64,000 nt of DNA from Pseudomonadota bacterium (GTDB lineage: Archaea; Thermoplasmatota; SW-10-69-26; JACQPN01; JAJPHT01), in assembly GCA_021325135.1 (NCBI GenBank), contig JAJPHT010000019.1:1-64000 (forward strand), given 5' to 3'. The notes beneath the pieces are model-generated. The model was not told the origin of the DNA. It saw only the letters and a program-made list of their open reading frames with translations, and searched no databases. Below, one piece after another: positions 36,938 through 46,363 of this stretch. How positions within the stretch are numbered: position 1 is the stretch's first letter; each line of letters starts with the position of its first letter. The translations under genes and the position numbers were made by a program.

Positions 36938-37506
36938 AGACCGTCTTCGTCGATTCGGCCGAACGTGCGCGTTCGGCTTCTCAACAAAAACCGACTGTTT
37001 TTGTTGATCGCGACGGGACCTTGAACGTCGACCAGGTCCGCCAAGTGGACGTGGCGAAGCTCGTCCTCATGCCCGGCGCCGCGGAGGCGATCCGCCTCTG
37101 GAACTCTGCGGGTTGGCGCGTCGTCGTCGTGACCAACCAGAGCGGCCTCGGGCGCGGGCTCTACACCGAGGCGGACATGCACGCCTTCCACCGCGCCCTC
37201 GTGGAGCGCCTGGGCGGAGGCGTCGAGGCGTTCTACTGGTGTCCGCACCTGCCGGACGCGGGCTGCGCGTGCCGCAAGCCGGGGACAGCCCTCTTCGAGC
37301 GGGCGGCGAAGGAGCGGGGCATCGACCTCCGGGCGAGCTTCGTCGTGGGCGACTCGTGGATGGACGTGGGCGCGGGCCAGGCCATCGGCGCGCGCACGGT
37401 GCTGGTGCCCTCCAAGGCGGACGCCCTGGCGGCGTGCGCGAAGGCGCCCGACCACGTGGCGCGGGACCTCGCGGACGCGGCGCGCTGGACCCTCGGGCAA
37501 CCTTGA
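36934..37506 (+). CDS. gmhB: Heptose-1,7-bisphosphate phosphatase (HAD IIIA)
   Basis: DRDGTLN, VTNQSG, CPH...C.CRKP, GDS..D; duplicated N-terminal TVFVD. Confidence 0.9.
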   Translation: MKTVFVDSAERARSASQQKPTVFVDRDGTLNVDQVRQVDVAKLVLMPGAAEAIRLWNSAGWRVVVVTNQSGLGRGLYTEADMHAFHRALVERLGGGVEAFYWCPHLPDAGCACRKPGTALFERAAKERGIDLRASFVVGDSWMDVGAGQAIGARTVLVPSKADALAACAKAPDHVARDLADAARWTLGQP

Positions 37507-37531
37507 AGGGAGGCCGCCGGGTTCGGGGCGC

Positions 37532-38491
37532 ATGAAGGTCCTCATCACCGGAGGCACGGGCTTCATCGGCTCGCACCTCTCGCGGATGCTCCTGCGCGAG
37601 GGCGCCGACGTGGTCATCGCAGGCGACCCCGCGCAGCGCAAGACGCCCTGGCCCTGGAGCGAGGCGCAGCAGCGCGCCTTCGTGCCCCTGGACGTGTGCG
37701 ACAAGGAGGCCGTGACGAGGCTCGTCGCCAAGGCCCGCCCCGACGAGGTCTACCACCTGGCGGCGCAGTCGCTCCCCGCCCTCTCGTGGCGCGAGCCGGA
37801 GCGCACCATGCTCGTGAACGCGCAGGGGACCCTCCACCTCTTCGAGGCCATGAAAGTCGCCGGCATCAGGCCGCGCACGTTCGTCGCGTGCAGCAGCGCG
37901 GAGTACGGCATCGTGCCCCCGGAGCAGACGCCCGTGCGCGAGGACCGCGTCCTCCAGCCCGTGCACCCCTACGGCGTGAGCAAGGTGGCCCAGGACCTCC
38001 TGAGCTATCAATACTGGAAGAACGACGGCATCCCCGCCATCCGCGGGCGCATCTTCAACACCACCGGGCCGGGCAAGTCCGCCGACGCCCCGGGGGACTT
38101 CGCGGAGCGCGTGGTCGCGGCCGAGAAGGCGGGAGCCAAGACCATCCGCGTGGGGAACCTGACGCCGCGGCGCGACCTCTCCGACGTGCGCGACCAGGCG
38201 CGCGCCATCGTGGCCATCACGCGCCACGGCGCGCCCGGCGACGTCTACAACCTTTGCACCGGGCGCACCATCACGATCCAGCAGCTTGTCGACGCGTTCC
38301 TCAAGCACGCGCGCATTCCCCTGGCGCCCGAGCAGGACCCCGCGCTGCTGCGGCCCACCGACGAGCCCGTCATCTGGGGCGACAACGCGAAGCTCGTCAA
38401 GGCCACGGGCTACCAGGCGAAGGTGCCCCTGGAGCGCACCGTGTCCGACATGCTGGCGCAGGTGCGCGGCGAGCACGTCGAGCTGGACTGA
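37532..38491 (+). CDS. GDP-sugar dehydratase/reductase (Gmd/Rmd-like SDR)
   Basis: TGGTGFIGS, YHLAAQS, SSAEYG, YGVSK, FNTTGPG, GNL..RRD, LRPTD. Confidence 0.85.
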   Translation: MKVLITGGTGFIGSHLSRMLLREGADVVIAGDPAQRKTPWPWSEAQQRAFVPLDVCDKEAVTRLVAKARPDEVYHLAAQSLPALSWREPERTMLVNAQGTLHLFEAMKVAGIRPRTFVACSSAEYGIVPPEQTPVREDRVLQPVHPYGVSKVAQDLLSYQYWKNDGIPAIRGRIFNTTGPGKSADAPGDFAERVVAAEKAGAKTIRVGNLTPRRDLSDVRDQARAIVAITRHGAPGDVYNLCTGRTITIQQLVDAFLKHARIPLAPEQDPALLRPTDEPVIWGDNAKLVKATGYQAKVPLERTVSDMLAQVRGEHVELD

Positions 38492-38494
38492 GCG

Positions 38495-38986
38495 CTACTC
38501 GTGGACGGAGCAGGCGTCCGCCGGGGCGCTGTCGCATCCGTAGGTCCACTCCCGCCCCGAAGGCTCCCCGGTGGGCGGCCACTGCTGGATGGTGTACGTT
38601 CCCCAGGGCGCGATCAGCAGCGCGCTCACGAGCGGCGGGTCGGGCTGGACCGTGAGCACCACCGTCGTGTTCGAGGGAGCGTCGACGAGGTGCCCCTTCC
38701 ACATGGAGGAGGGCGGCTCGGGCGGGCAGGGCTCCTGCGTCCCGTTGGGCCCCACCGCCTGGCACGAGTAGTCGGGCGACTTCACGGAGTACGGCGCCGC
38801 GTCGATGGCGTAGTCGTGGAAGCCGAAGGGGAGCGTCGTCCTGCCGGTGGCCTGGAGGTCGAGCTGCACCTGCTTCGCGTCGATGGTGACCAGGCGGCCA
38901 TAGGCGGGACCGTCGCCCGCGGGTCGCGCGCACCCGGCCAGGAGGACCAAGACGAGGAGGAGAAGCGCGCGGAGGCTCCGGGGCAC
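38495..38986 (-). CDS. Hypothetical lipoprotein
   Basis: Lipobox LAGC after a hydrophobic leader. Confidence 0.6.
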   Translation of the reverse strand: MPRSLRALLLLVLVLLAGCARPAGDGPAYGRLVTIDAKQVQLDLQATGRTTLPFGFHDYAIDAAPYSVKSPDYSCQAVGPNGTQEPCPPEPPSSMWKGHLVDAPSNTTVVLTVQPDPPLVSALLIAPWGTYTIQQWPPTGEPSGREWTYGCDSAPADACSVHE

Positions 38987-38990
38987 GTTG

Positions 38991-40109
38991 TCACTCCCCC
39001 AGGAGCGACCGGTAGAGCGCCTCGTGCCTGCGCGCCGCGTCCTCCAAGGTCTGCGCCTGCGCGAGCCGCTTTCCGATCTCGCCCATGCGGGCGCGCTCCT
39101 CGGGATGGGCTAGGAGGTCGTCCGCGACGCGCGCCATCTCGTCCGCGGAGCGCACGACGCGGCCCGCGCCCTTGGCCGCGAGGTCGGGCGCCGCGCCCGC
39201 GGGCGTGGACACGAAGGGCACGCCCGCCGCCATGGTCTCCAGCAGCACGATGCCGTACCCCTCGAAGCGGCTCCCCAGGAGGAAGAGGTCCGACTCGAAG
39301 AACGCCTTCACGAGGTCCTCCCGCGGGATGACGCCCAGGATGCGGACGGGCGCCTTGAGCTTCGCGATGAGCGCCTCGGTCTCCGCCTTCGTCGAGCCCG
39401 CCGCGGGGTCCTTGCCCACGAGGAGAAGCTCCACGTCGCCGCGCATCTTCGAGACGGCCTCCACCAGGAGCGGCACGCCCTTGTTGTCGTAGAAGCCGCC
39501 CGCGTAGAGGAGGACGTGCTTCGCCTTGACGCCGTACTTCTCGCGGAAGCCCTTGGGCGGGGGCGTCGCGTACTCGTGGAGGTTCACGCCGTCGGGGAGG
39601 ATGGTGACCTTCTCCCGCGGCACGCCGAAGAGGGCCAGCTCCTCGACCTCGTTCCCCGTGAGGGCGATCACCTTGTCGAAGGGCCTCAGCATGCGCGGCA
39701 GGTGCCAACGGTAGTACCACAGCTCCACGGGGTCGCGCCGGTGCATGTGCCACTGGTGGAAGCCGTGCGCGGTGAACACCTTGGGCTGCTTGATCTCCGG
39801 CACGCGGCGGAAGAGGTAGTCGCTGCTCCAGACGCGCTGCCCCTTGACGTGCACCACGTCCCACGGCCCGTCGAGGACGAAGCGGACGTACTCCCTGGGC
39901 GGGTAGCGGAACTTGCCCATGCGGCGCATGGCGAAGCGGCGCACCTCGACGCCCTTCACGACCTCGCGCTCCGGGGAGCCGGGCTCGTCCGAGGTCGCCA
40001 CCGTCACCTGGTGGCCGAGCTTCAGCATCTCCTGGCTGAGGTCCATGAGGGCAAGCTCCGTGCCGCCCACCGCGGGCCAGAAGCGGTGGACGGTGTAGAG
40101 GACGTGCAT
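38991..40109 (-). CDS. GT4 glycosyltransferase
   Basis: HRFWPAVGG.E, EGYGIVLLE.MAAG. Confidence 0.92.
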   Translation of the reverse strand: MHVLYTVHRFWPAVGGTELALMDLSQEMLKLGHQVTVATSDEPGSPEREVVKGVEVRRFAMRRMGKFRYPPREYVRFVLDGPWDVVHVKGQRVWSSDYLFRRVPEIKQPKVFTAHGFHQWHMHRRDPVELWYYRWHLPRMLRPFDKVIALTGNEVEELALFGVPREKVTILPDGVNLHEYATPPPKGFREKYGVKAKHVLLYAGGFYDNKGVPLLVEAVSKMRGDVELLLVGKDPAAGSTKAETEALIAKLKAPVRILGVIPREDLVKAFFESDLFLLGSRFEGYGIVLLETMAAGVPFVSTPAGAAPDLAAKGAGRVVRSADEMARVADDLLAHPEERARMGEIGKRLAQAQTLEDAARRHEALYRSLLGE

Positions 40110-40173
40110 GCCCGCGGCATGCCGAGACCAGTCTGAAAGCCTTATCTCCGGCGCCCCTCGTCTCGCCCTCGCG

Positions 40174-41223
40174 ATGCGCGTCGGCATGGCCTTCGGGGCC
40201 GGGGCATTCCAGACCGGCGTCGAGCGCTACGCGCGGCGCATCATCCCCGCCGTGCAGCGGCAGGGCATCGACGCGGTCGAGGTGAAGCTCGCCCGCCGCG
40301 AGGTCAAGCTCTTCGGACGGCCCGTGGGCGGCATGCTCACCCTCTGGTGGGACCGCGCGACGTTCCCCCGCGGCGACTGGGACCTGCTGCACGCTTTGGA
40401 CCCCGCCGTCGCGACGCGCAGGACCGACGTCGTCACGGTCCACGACATCCTCATCGAGACGCACCCGGGCCTCATCGCGGCGACGCGCGCCGAGCGCCTG
40501 GACTGGGCCGTCACGCGCTCGCTGGCGAAGCGGGCGCGCTGGTTCCTGTGCATGAGCGCGTTCACGCGGGACGCGGTGGTCAAGCATTGGGGCGTCTCCC
40601 CCGAGCGCTGCGTCGTCGCGTACTCCGGCATCGACCCGGACTTCTTCCGCCCCGAGCCCTCGCCCACGCCGCTTCTTGCGCCTGGCAAGCTCAACCTCGC
40701 CTACGTGGGGGACGACCACCCGCGCAAGAACCTCCTGCTCACGCTCCAGGCCATGAGGGAGCTTCGCGAGCGGCACGGCGTCGAGTCGCGCTTCGTGCGC
40801 TTCGGGCCCACGCGCTTCCCCGCGATGCGCGAGCGAGCGCACGCCTACGCCCGCGAGCACGGCCTCGACCTCGTGGAGCCGGGCTTCGTGGACGACGTGA
40901 CGCTGCGCGCGGTCCTCTCGGGGTGCGACGCGTTCGTCTGGCCCAGCCTCGCGGAGGGGTTCGGCCTCCCGCCCATCGAGGCCATGGCGTGCGGAGCCAA
41001 GGTCGCCGCGCTGGACATCGACGTCACGCGCGAGGTGTGCGGCGACCGCGCGCTCTACCACTCCAACGACCCCGTGGACGCTGCCGCGTGCTACGCCAAG
41101 CTCCGCGACACCCCCTGGAGCCGCGAGCGCCAGCGCGAGTGGGCCCTGCGCTACTCGTGGGAGGCCAACGCGCGCAAGGTCGTCGGCGTCTACGAGAAGG
41201 CCCTGGCGGAGGGGCGCCGGTGA
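40174..41223 (+). CDS. GT4 glycosyltransferase (mannosyltransferase-like)
   Basis: TVHD, PRKN, PSLAEGFGLPPIEAMACG. Confidence 0.92.
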   Translation: MRVGMAFGAGAFQTGVERYARRIIPAVQRQGIDAVEVKLARREVKLFGRPVGGMLTLWWDRATFPRGDWDLLHALDPAVATRRTDVVTVHDILIETHPGLIAATRAERLDWAVTRSLAKRARWFLCMSAFTRDAVVKHWGVSPERCVVAYSGIDPDFFRPEPSPTPLLAPGKLNLAYVGDDHPRKNLLLTLQAMRELRERHGVESRFVRFGPTRFPAMRERAHAYAREHGLDLVEPGFVDDVTLRAVLSGCDAFVWPSLAEGFGLPPIEAMACGAKVAALDIDVTREVCGDRALYHSNDPVDAAACYAKLRDTPWSRERQREWALRYSWEANARKVVGVYEKALAEGRR

Positions 41224-42326
41224 GGATCCTCCTCACCTGCCACCGCTTCTGGCCCAGCGTCGGGGGCACCGAGGAGGTCGTCGAGCAGCTTGCGAGGCAT
41301 TACGTGGCGCTCGGCCACGACGTGACCGTCTTCAGCAGCGACGAGCCTGGCGCCCCCGAGCGCGAGGAGCGCGACGGCTACCTCATCCGCCGCTTCCCGC
41401 TCCAGCGCCGCGGCAAGTTCCGCTTCCCGCCCAAAAGCTATCGCGAGGCCGTCCTCGCGCCGGGCTGGGACGTGGTCCACCTCCACGGGCAGCGCGTCTG
41501 GAGCACGGACTACCTCTACCGTCACCTCAAGCGCAGCCCCGCGCCCGTCGTCTTCACGGCCCACGGCTTCTTCCAGCGCTCTCAGGGCACGCCGCTGCTG
41601 AGCGACCTCTACTACCGGGTGGTGATGCCCCGGGCGTTGCGCCACGTCGCGGCCGTCACCGCGCTCACCGGCCCCGAGCGCGACGAGCTCGTCTCCTTCG
41701 GCGTCGACCCGCGCAAGCTCCACGTCATCCCCAACGGCTTCGTCGAGGCCGAGTTCGCCGCGCTGCCCCGAGGCTTCCGCGCGCGCCACGGCATCGCTCC
41801 CGGCGCGCCGCTGCTGCTCTACGTCGGGGGCTTCTACCGCAACAAGCGCTGCGATCGCCTCGTGGAGCTGGCCGCCGACACCGGCACCACCCTCGCCCTG
41901 GTGGGCAAGGAGGCGCACCCCGAGCACGGGCTCGCCGAGTGCAAGGCCCTCGCGGCGCGGACGGGCGCCGACGCGCGCTTCCTGGGCGTGCTGCCCCGCC
42001 AGGACGTGCTGGCCGGCTACGCGGAGGCCGACCTCTTCGTCCTGGCCAGCGACTTCGAGGGGTTCGGCCTCGTCCTCCTGGAGGCCATGGCCGCGGGCCT
42101 GCCGTTCCTCTCGACGCCCTGCGGCGCGGCGCCCGACCTGGCCGCCCTGGGCGCGGGCGCCGTGGCGGCGCCGGGCGCCCTGGCCCTCCGGGCGAAGGAG
42201 CTTCTCGACGACCCCGAGCGCCGCAAGGCCATGGGGCGGAAGGGGCGCGCCGCGGCGGCCTCCTACGCCTGGCCCCCCATCGCGAAACGATATCTCGACC
42301 TCTACGAGGCGGTGGCGCGGAGATGA
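41220..42326 (+). CDS. GT4 glycosyltransferase (paralog of 38991-40109)
   Basis: HRFWPSVGG.E, EGFGLVLLEAMAAG. Confidence 0.92.
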   Translation: MRILLTCHRFWPSVGGTEEVVEQLARHYVALGHDVTVFSSDEPGAPEREERDGYLIRRFPLQRRGKFRFPPKSYREAVLAPGWDVVHLHGQRVWSTDYLYRHLKRSPAPVVFTAHGFFQRSQGTPLLSDLYYRVVMPRALRHVAAVTALTGPERDELVSFGVDPRKLHVIPNGFVEAEFAALPRGFRARHGIAPGAPLLLYVGGFYRNKRCDRLVELAADTGTTLALVGKEAHPEHGLAECKALAARTGADARFLGVLPRQDVLAGYAEADLFVLASDFEGFGLVLLEAMAAGLPFLSTPCGAAPDLAALGAGAVAAPGALALRAKELLDDPERRKAMGRKGRAAAASYAWPPIAKRYLDLYEAVARR

Positions 42327-43153
42327 CCCACGTCACCGTGCTGATCACGCTCCTCAACGACAAGCGCGTCGGGCGCACGCTGGATTCGCTCCTGCTGCAG
42401 ACGCGCCGCCCCGACGCCGTGCTGGTGGCCGACGGCGGCTCGACGGAGGAGAACCTGGCCCCCGCGCGCGCGTTCGCGGCGGCGCATCCGTGGGTCCGCG
42501 TCGAGCCTCACCCAGGCAGCGTCGCGGGCACGCGCAACTCCGCGCTCGCCGGCCTGCGCGGGACCGACGTGGTGGTCTTCCTCGACAGCGACCAGGTGGC
42601 GCCCCCCGGCTGGCTCGCCGCGCTGGTGGCGCCCATCGAGGCCGGGCGCGCGGACTTCTCCGGCGGCCCCACGCGCCCGCTGGGTCCCCCTTCGGGGCCC
42701 GGCGAGGCGTACCTCAACGACTTCGAGGCGTGGTTCTACCCCCACGTCGTCGCCCACGACCTCACCAAGCTCCCCATGGGCAACAGCGCGTGGCGGCTCT
42801 CCGTGCTGCGTGAGGTGGGCGGCTTCGACCCGCGCCTCTCCTGGGGCGGCGAGGACTACGACGTCAACCTCCGCGTCGCGAAGGCGGGCCACCGCGGCGA
42901 GTACGTCCCCGACGCGTGGGTGCACCACGACCAGGGGGGCCGCAACGACCTGCGCAGGCTCCTGCGGAGGAAGTACCGCTACAACGTCGGCGCCACGCTG
43001 GCGTACATGAAGAACGGCGTGCTGCGCGAGAAGATGCGCAGCGCCGCGCGCAACACGGTCGCGTTCAAGCACCCCTACGAGCGGTGGAACCTGGTCATCC
43101 AGCCCTTGGCGCTCCTGAGGGCGCTGACGCTGAGGCGGAAGGTGCTCCGGTGA
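42323..43153 (+). CDS. GT2 glycosyltransferase
   Basis: DGGS, FLDSD, GGFD, GEDYD. Confidence 0.9.
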   Translation: MTHVTVLITLLNDKRVGRTLDSLLLQTRRPDAVLVADGGSTEENLAPARAFAAAHPWVRVEPHPGSVAGTRNSALAGLRGTDVVVFLDSDQVAPPGWLAALVAPIEAGRADFSGGPTRPLGPPSGPGEAYLNDFEAWFYPHVVAHDLTKLPMGNSAWRLSVLREVGGFDPRLSWGGEDYDVNLRVAKAGHRGEYVPDAWVHHDQGGRNDLRRLLRRKYRYNVGATLAYMKNGVLREKMRSAARNTVAFKHPYERWNLVIQPLALLRALTLRRKVLR

Positions 43154-44166
43154 GGATCACCCTCGTGGGCGCCGGCATGATCCCCATCCCGCCCCCGGGC
43201 TACGGCGCGGTGGAGAAGCACGTCTGGAACCTCAGCGAGGCGCTTCGCGCGCGCGGGCACGAGGTCCGCATCGTGAACAAGGTGTTCGGCGCCTCCTCCA
43301 AGGACGAGTACCGCTTCGCCCTGTGGGCCCGGAAGGAAGTCGCGCGCGAGCCCCACGACGTGCTGCACCTCCACACGCCGGGCGTCGCGGCGGTCTTCCG
43401 CGCGCTGGGGCCGCGCCGGTGGGTCTACACGACGCACAGCCGCCACTGGGCCGGCACGAAGGGGGTGGGCGAGCGGGTGGGCTTCGCGCTGGAGCGGCAG
43501 GCCGTCGCGCACGCCGCCGAGGTCATCGCCGTCTCGCGCTTCGTCGCGCAGCAGATCGACCGGCCCACCCACGTCGTCCCCAACGGCGTGGACGTGGAGC
43601 GCTACGCGCCGGACCTCCCGGCGCGCAACGGTAAGCGCGTCATCGGGCTGGGCGAGATCGCCGAGCACAAGCGCTGGCACCTGGCGGCGCGGGCGGCGCG
43701 CGGGCTCGACTGCGAGCTTCGCCTCGTGGGCCCCATCCGCGACCCCGCGTATGCGGACCGCGTGGAGGCCGACGGGGGCGGGCGCGTGAGGATGCTGGGG
43801 CCCATGGACGAGGCGGACCTCGTGCGCGAGCTGGCGCGGGGCGACGTGCTGGTGCACCCCAGCGTCACCGAGAGCTTCGGCATGGCCGTCGTCGAAGGGA
43901 TGTCGTGCGGCCTGCCCGTGGTGTGCAGCGACATGCTCTCCTTCCTCGTCGAGCACGGCAAGGAGGGGTGGCTCGTCCCCACGAAGGGCGACGACGAGAC
44001 GCGCGTTGCGGCCCTGCGCGCCAGGCTGGCCGAGCTTCTGGGCGACGCCGAGATGCGCGACCGCATGGGGCGCCGCGCGAGGCAGCGCGCCGTCGAGGGC
44101 TACTCGTGGCCCTCCATCGCGGAGCGCGTGGAGGCGGTGTACCGGCGGCTCGTCGAGCGGTCGTGA
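43150..44166 (+). CDS. GT4 glycosyltransferase
   Basis: PPPGYGAVE, VPNGVD, ESFGMAVVEGMSCG. Confidence 0.92.
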   Translation: MRITLVGAGMIPIPPPGYGAVEKHVWNLSEALRARGHEVRIVNKVFGASSKDEYRFALWARKEVAREPHDVLHLHTPGVAAVFRALGPRRWVYTTHSRHWAGTKGVGERVGFALERQAVAHAAEVIAVSRFVAQQIDRPTHVVPNGVDVERYAPDLPARNGKRVIGLGEIAEHKRWHLAARAARGLDCELRLVGPIRDPAYADRVEADGGGRVRMLGPMDEADLVRELARGDVLVHPSVTESFGMAVVEGMSCGLPVVCSDMLSFLVEHGKEGWLVPTKGDDETRVAALRARLAELLGDAEMRDRMGRRARQRAVEGYSWPSIAERVEAVYRRLVERS

Positions 44167-44203
44167 CCTTCTGGAGCATCCCCTGATCAAGCTCCACGAC
44201 GCA

Positions 44204-44281
44204 AACCCGAACCCACGAACCACGGTTCCTGCTGTGGTTCGGTGGTTCGGGTTGTGGCGGGGGAAAGGGGGCGCAGCCCCC
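44204..44281. repeat. GAACC-periodic inverted repeat plus GGGGGC-gca-GCCCCC hairpin
   Basis: Shares AACCCGAACCCACGAACCAC with 24516-24585. Confidence 0.82.
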
Positions 44282-44327
44282 GGTGGGAGAGCCAGGGAAA
44301 AAACGGGTGGACTGCGCAGAGGCCAAC

Positions 44328-44335
44328 TTTTAAAA
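44328..44335 (+). promoter_or_regulatory. TATA box (leaderless GT2)
   Basis: TTTTAAAA about 24 nt before GTG 44359. Confidence 0.6.
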
Positions 44336-44358
44336 CGCGCCGGGGGGGTGCCCGCGGC

Positions 44359-45201
44359 GTGCCCCCCGAGAGCGAGCCTCCCGCAGCCCCGGGATTCTCC
44401 CGCTCGGGGCGCCCCCCGCGCCCCTTCGCCTCGGTCATCGTCACCGTGCGCAACGAGGCCCGCCACATCGCGGACCTGCTGGACAGCCTCGTCGTCCAGG
44501 AGCAGCCCTTCGAGGTGCTGGTCATCGACGCGGAGAGCACCGACGGGACGCGAGAGATCGTGCGCCGCTACGCGGCCTCGTACCCTTTCATCCGCCTGCT
44601 GGAGCGCGGCGGGCGGCGCGGCGAGGCGCGCAACCGCGGCGCGCGGGAGGCCCAGGGGCAGATCCTCGCCTTCATCGACGGCGACTGCATCGCCAACCCC
44701 TTCTGGCTCCAGCAGCTGCGCCAGGCGCTCCAGGGCGCGGACGTGGCCGCCGGGAAGACCATCCAGATCGGCTACTGGGCCTTCGAGGCGCTGGGCCGCG
44801 TCGAGCTTGACCACCGCGGCTACGACGTGACGTTCCCCTCGTGCAACCTGGGCTACTGGAAGGACGTGTTCGAGGCCGCGGGCGGCTTCGACGACCACTT
44901 CCACACCGCCGAGGACATCGACCTCAACTTCCGCGCCGTGGACGCGGGCGCCAAGATCGCGGCCAACGAGCACGCGATCGTCTACCACCGCGCCCGCGAC
45001 ACCATCGGCAAGTTCCTCAAGCAGGCGTACTGGAACGGCTACGGCCGCAAGCAGCTCACGCTGAAGCACGGCAACCTCTGGGGCCAGTACTCCTTCCGCA
45101 AGATGATCAAGTCCCAGCTCAACTTCTGGGGCCTCCTCCGCCTGGGCACCGCGAGCCTGGGCTACGTCTCCGCCAAGATCAAGGAGCCGCGACGCGCATG
45201 A
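44359..45201 (+). CDS. GT2 glycosyltransferase
   Basis: SVIVTVRNE, DAESTD, FIDGD, GGFD, AEDID. Confidence 0.9.
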   Translation: MPPESEPPAAPGFSRSGRPPRPFASVIVTVRNEARHIADLLDSLVVQEQPFEVLVIDAESTDGTREIVRRYAASYPFIRLLERGGRRGEARNRGAREAQGQILAFIDGDCIANPFWLQQLRQALQGADVAAGKTIQIGYWAFEALGRVELDHRGYDVTFPSCNLGYWKDVFEAAGGFDDHFHTAEDIDLNFRAVDAGAKIAANEHAIVYHRARDTIGKFLKQAYWNGYGRKQLTLKHGNLWGQYSFRKMIKSQLNFWGLLRLGTASLGYVSAKIKEPRRA

Positions 45202-45920
45202 ACGACTCCCCCGCCGCCAAGCCTCGACTCTCGATCGTCATCCCCGCCATGAACGAGGAGGAGGGGATCGGCGAGACGCTGGACGTCATCCCCGTCAAGG
45301 AATTGGAGGAGATGGGCTACCCCGTCGAGGTCATCGTCGTCGACGGCGAGAGCGTCGACCGCACGCGCGAGATCGCTCGCGAGAAGGGAGCCCGCGTCGT
45401 CATCGAGCCCCGCAAGGGGTATGGCCGCGCGTACAAGACCGGCTTCGAGGTCGCGCAGGGCGACGTCATCGCGACGGGCGACGCCGACACTACGTACCCC
45501 TTCGACAAGCTCCCCGAGTACCTGCGCTACTTCGAGCGCGAGGGGCTGGACTTCCTCACGGGCAACCGCTTCGGCAAGCTCCAGCCGGGCGCCATGAGCG
45601 CGAAGCACAAGGTGGGCAACTTCGTCCTCTCCACCACGGGCCGCGTCCTCTTCCTCGCCAACATCAAGGACAGCCAGAGCGGCATGTGGCTCCTCAAGCG
45701 GAGCATCCTCCCGCGCCTCAAGCTCACCAGCGACGGCATGCCCTTCAGCGAGGAGATCAAGCTGGAGGCGTTCACCAAGGGCGACCTCAAGAGCCGCGAG
45801 ATCCCCATCGAGTACCGCGTCCGCGTGGGCGAGGTCAAGCTCGCGTCCTGGAAGGACGGCTGGCGCAACCTGAAGTTCTTCTTCAAGAAGCGCTTCGGGA
45901 TGGCCGAGCCGGAGTCGTGA
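45198..45920 (+). CDS. GT2 polyprenol-phosphate glycosyltransferase (DPM1-like)
   Basis: IPAMNEE, DGESVD, GYGRA, DADTTYP, DSQSGM, Y..RVGE.KL. Confidence 0.9.
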   Translation: MNDSPAAKPRLSIVIPAMNEEEGIGETLDVIPVKELEEMGYPVEVIVVDGESVDRTREIAREKGARVVIEPRKGYGRAYKTGFEVAQGDVIATGDADTTYPFDKLPEYLRYFEREGLDFLTGNRFGKLQPGAMSAKHKVGNFVLSTTGRVLFLANIKDSQSGMWLLKRSILPRLKLTSDGMPFSEEIKLEAFTKGDLKSREIPIEYRVRVGEVKLASWKDGWRNLKFFFKKRFGMAEPES

Positions 45921-46363
45921 GCGAAGCGAGCGATCCAGGCGAGGGAGGCCGGAGCGCGGGAGGACGCGTCGTGGGGCTCTTGAAATTGAGAACGGGGGCG
46001 GGCGAGGCCACCCCCCTTCTCCAGGCGTCTTGACGCCCCCGCGGGCCGGCTGCGCCGAGCGCCGCAGGCGAGCAGGACGGCGCTCCGAGGCCAAGCCTCA
46101 CCCAACGCCTCGGGTCATTTTGCAAGGACGCCTCAAAGAAACTCGCCCGGTCCGGGGCGAGCCCCTCCTGCTCCACGTTCCAGCCCTCGACATTTTTTGG
46201 AGACATCTTGTCAATGTCCGAGAGCGTTTCCCCAAGAGAATTTACCATGCGTTCCTGCGCGTCTGTCGCGCCTCGACAGGTCGTCAGGCACGACGCCATG
46301 GATTCCGGCGCGTGCACCACGGGAATTAACTGCTAGTCTTTGCTGTAACGGCCGGGTTACCGC

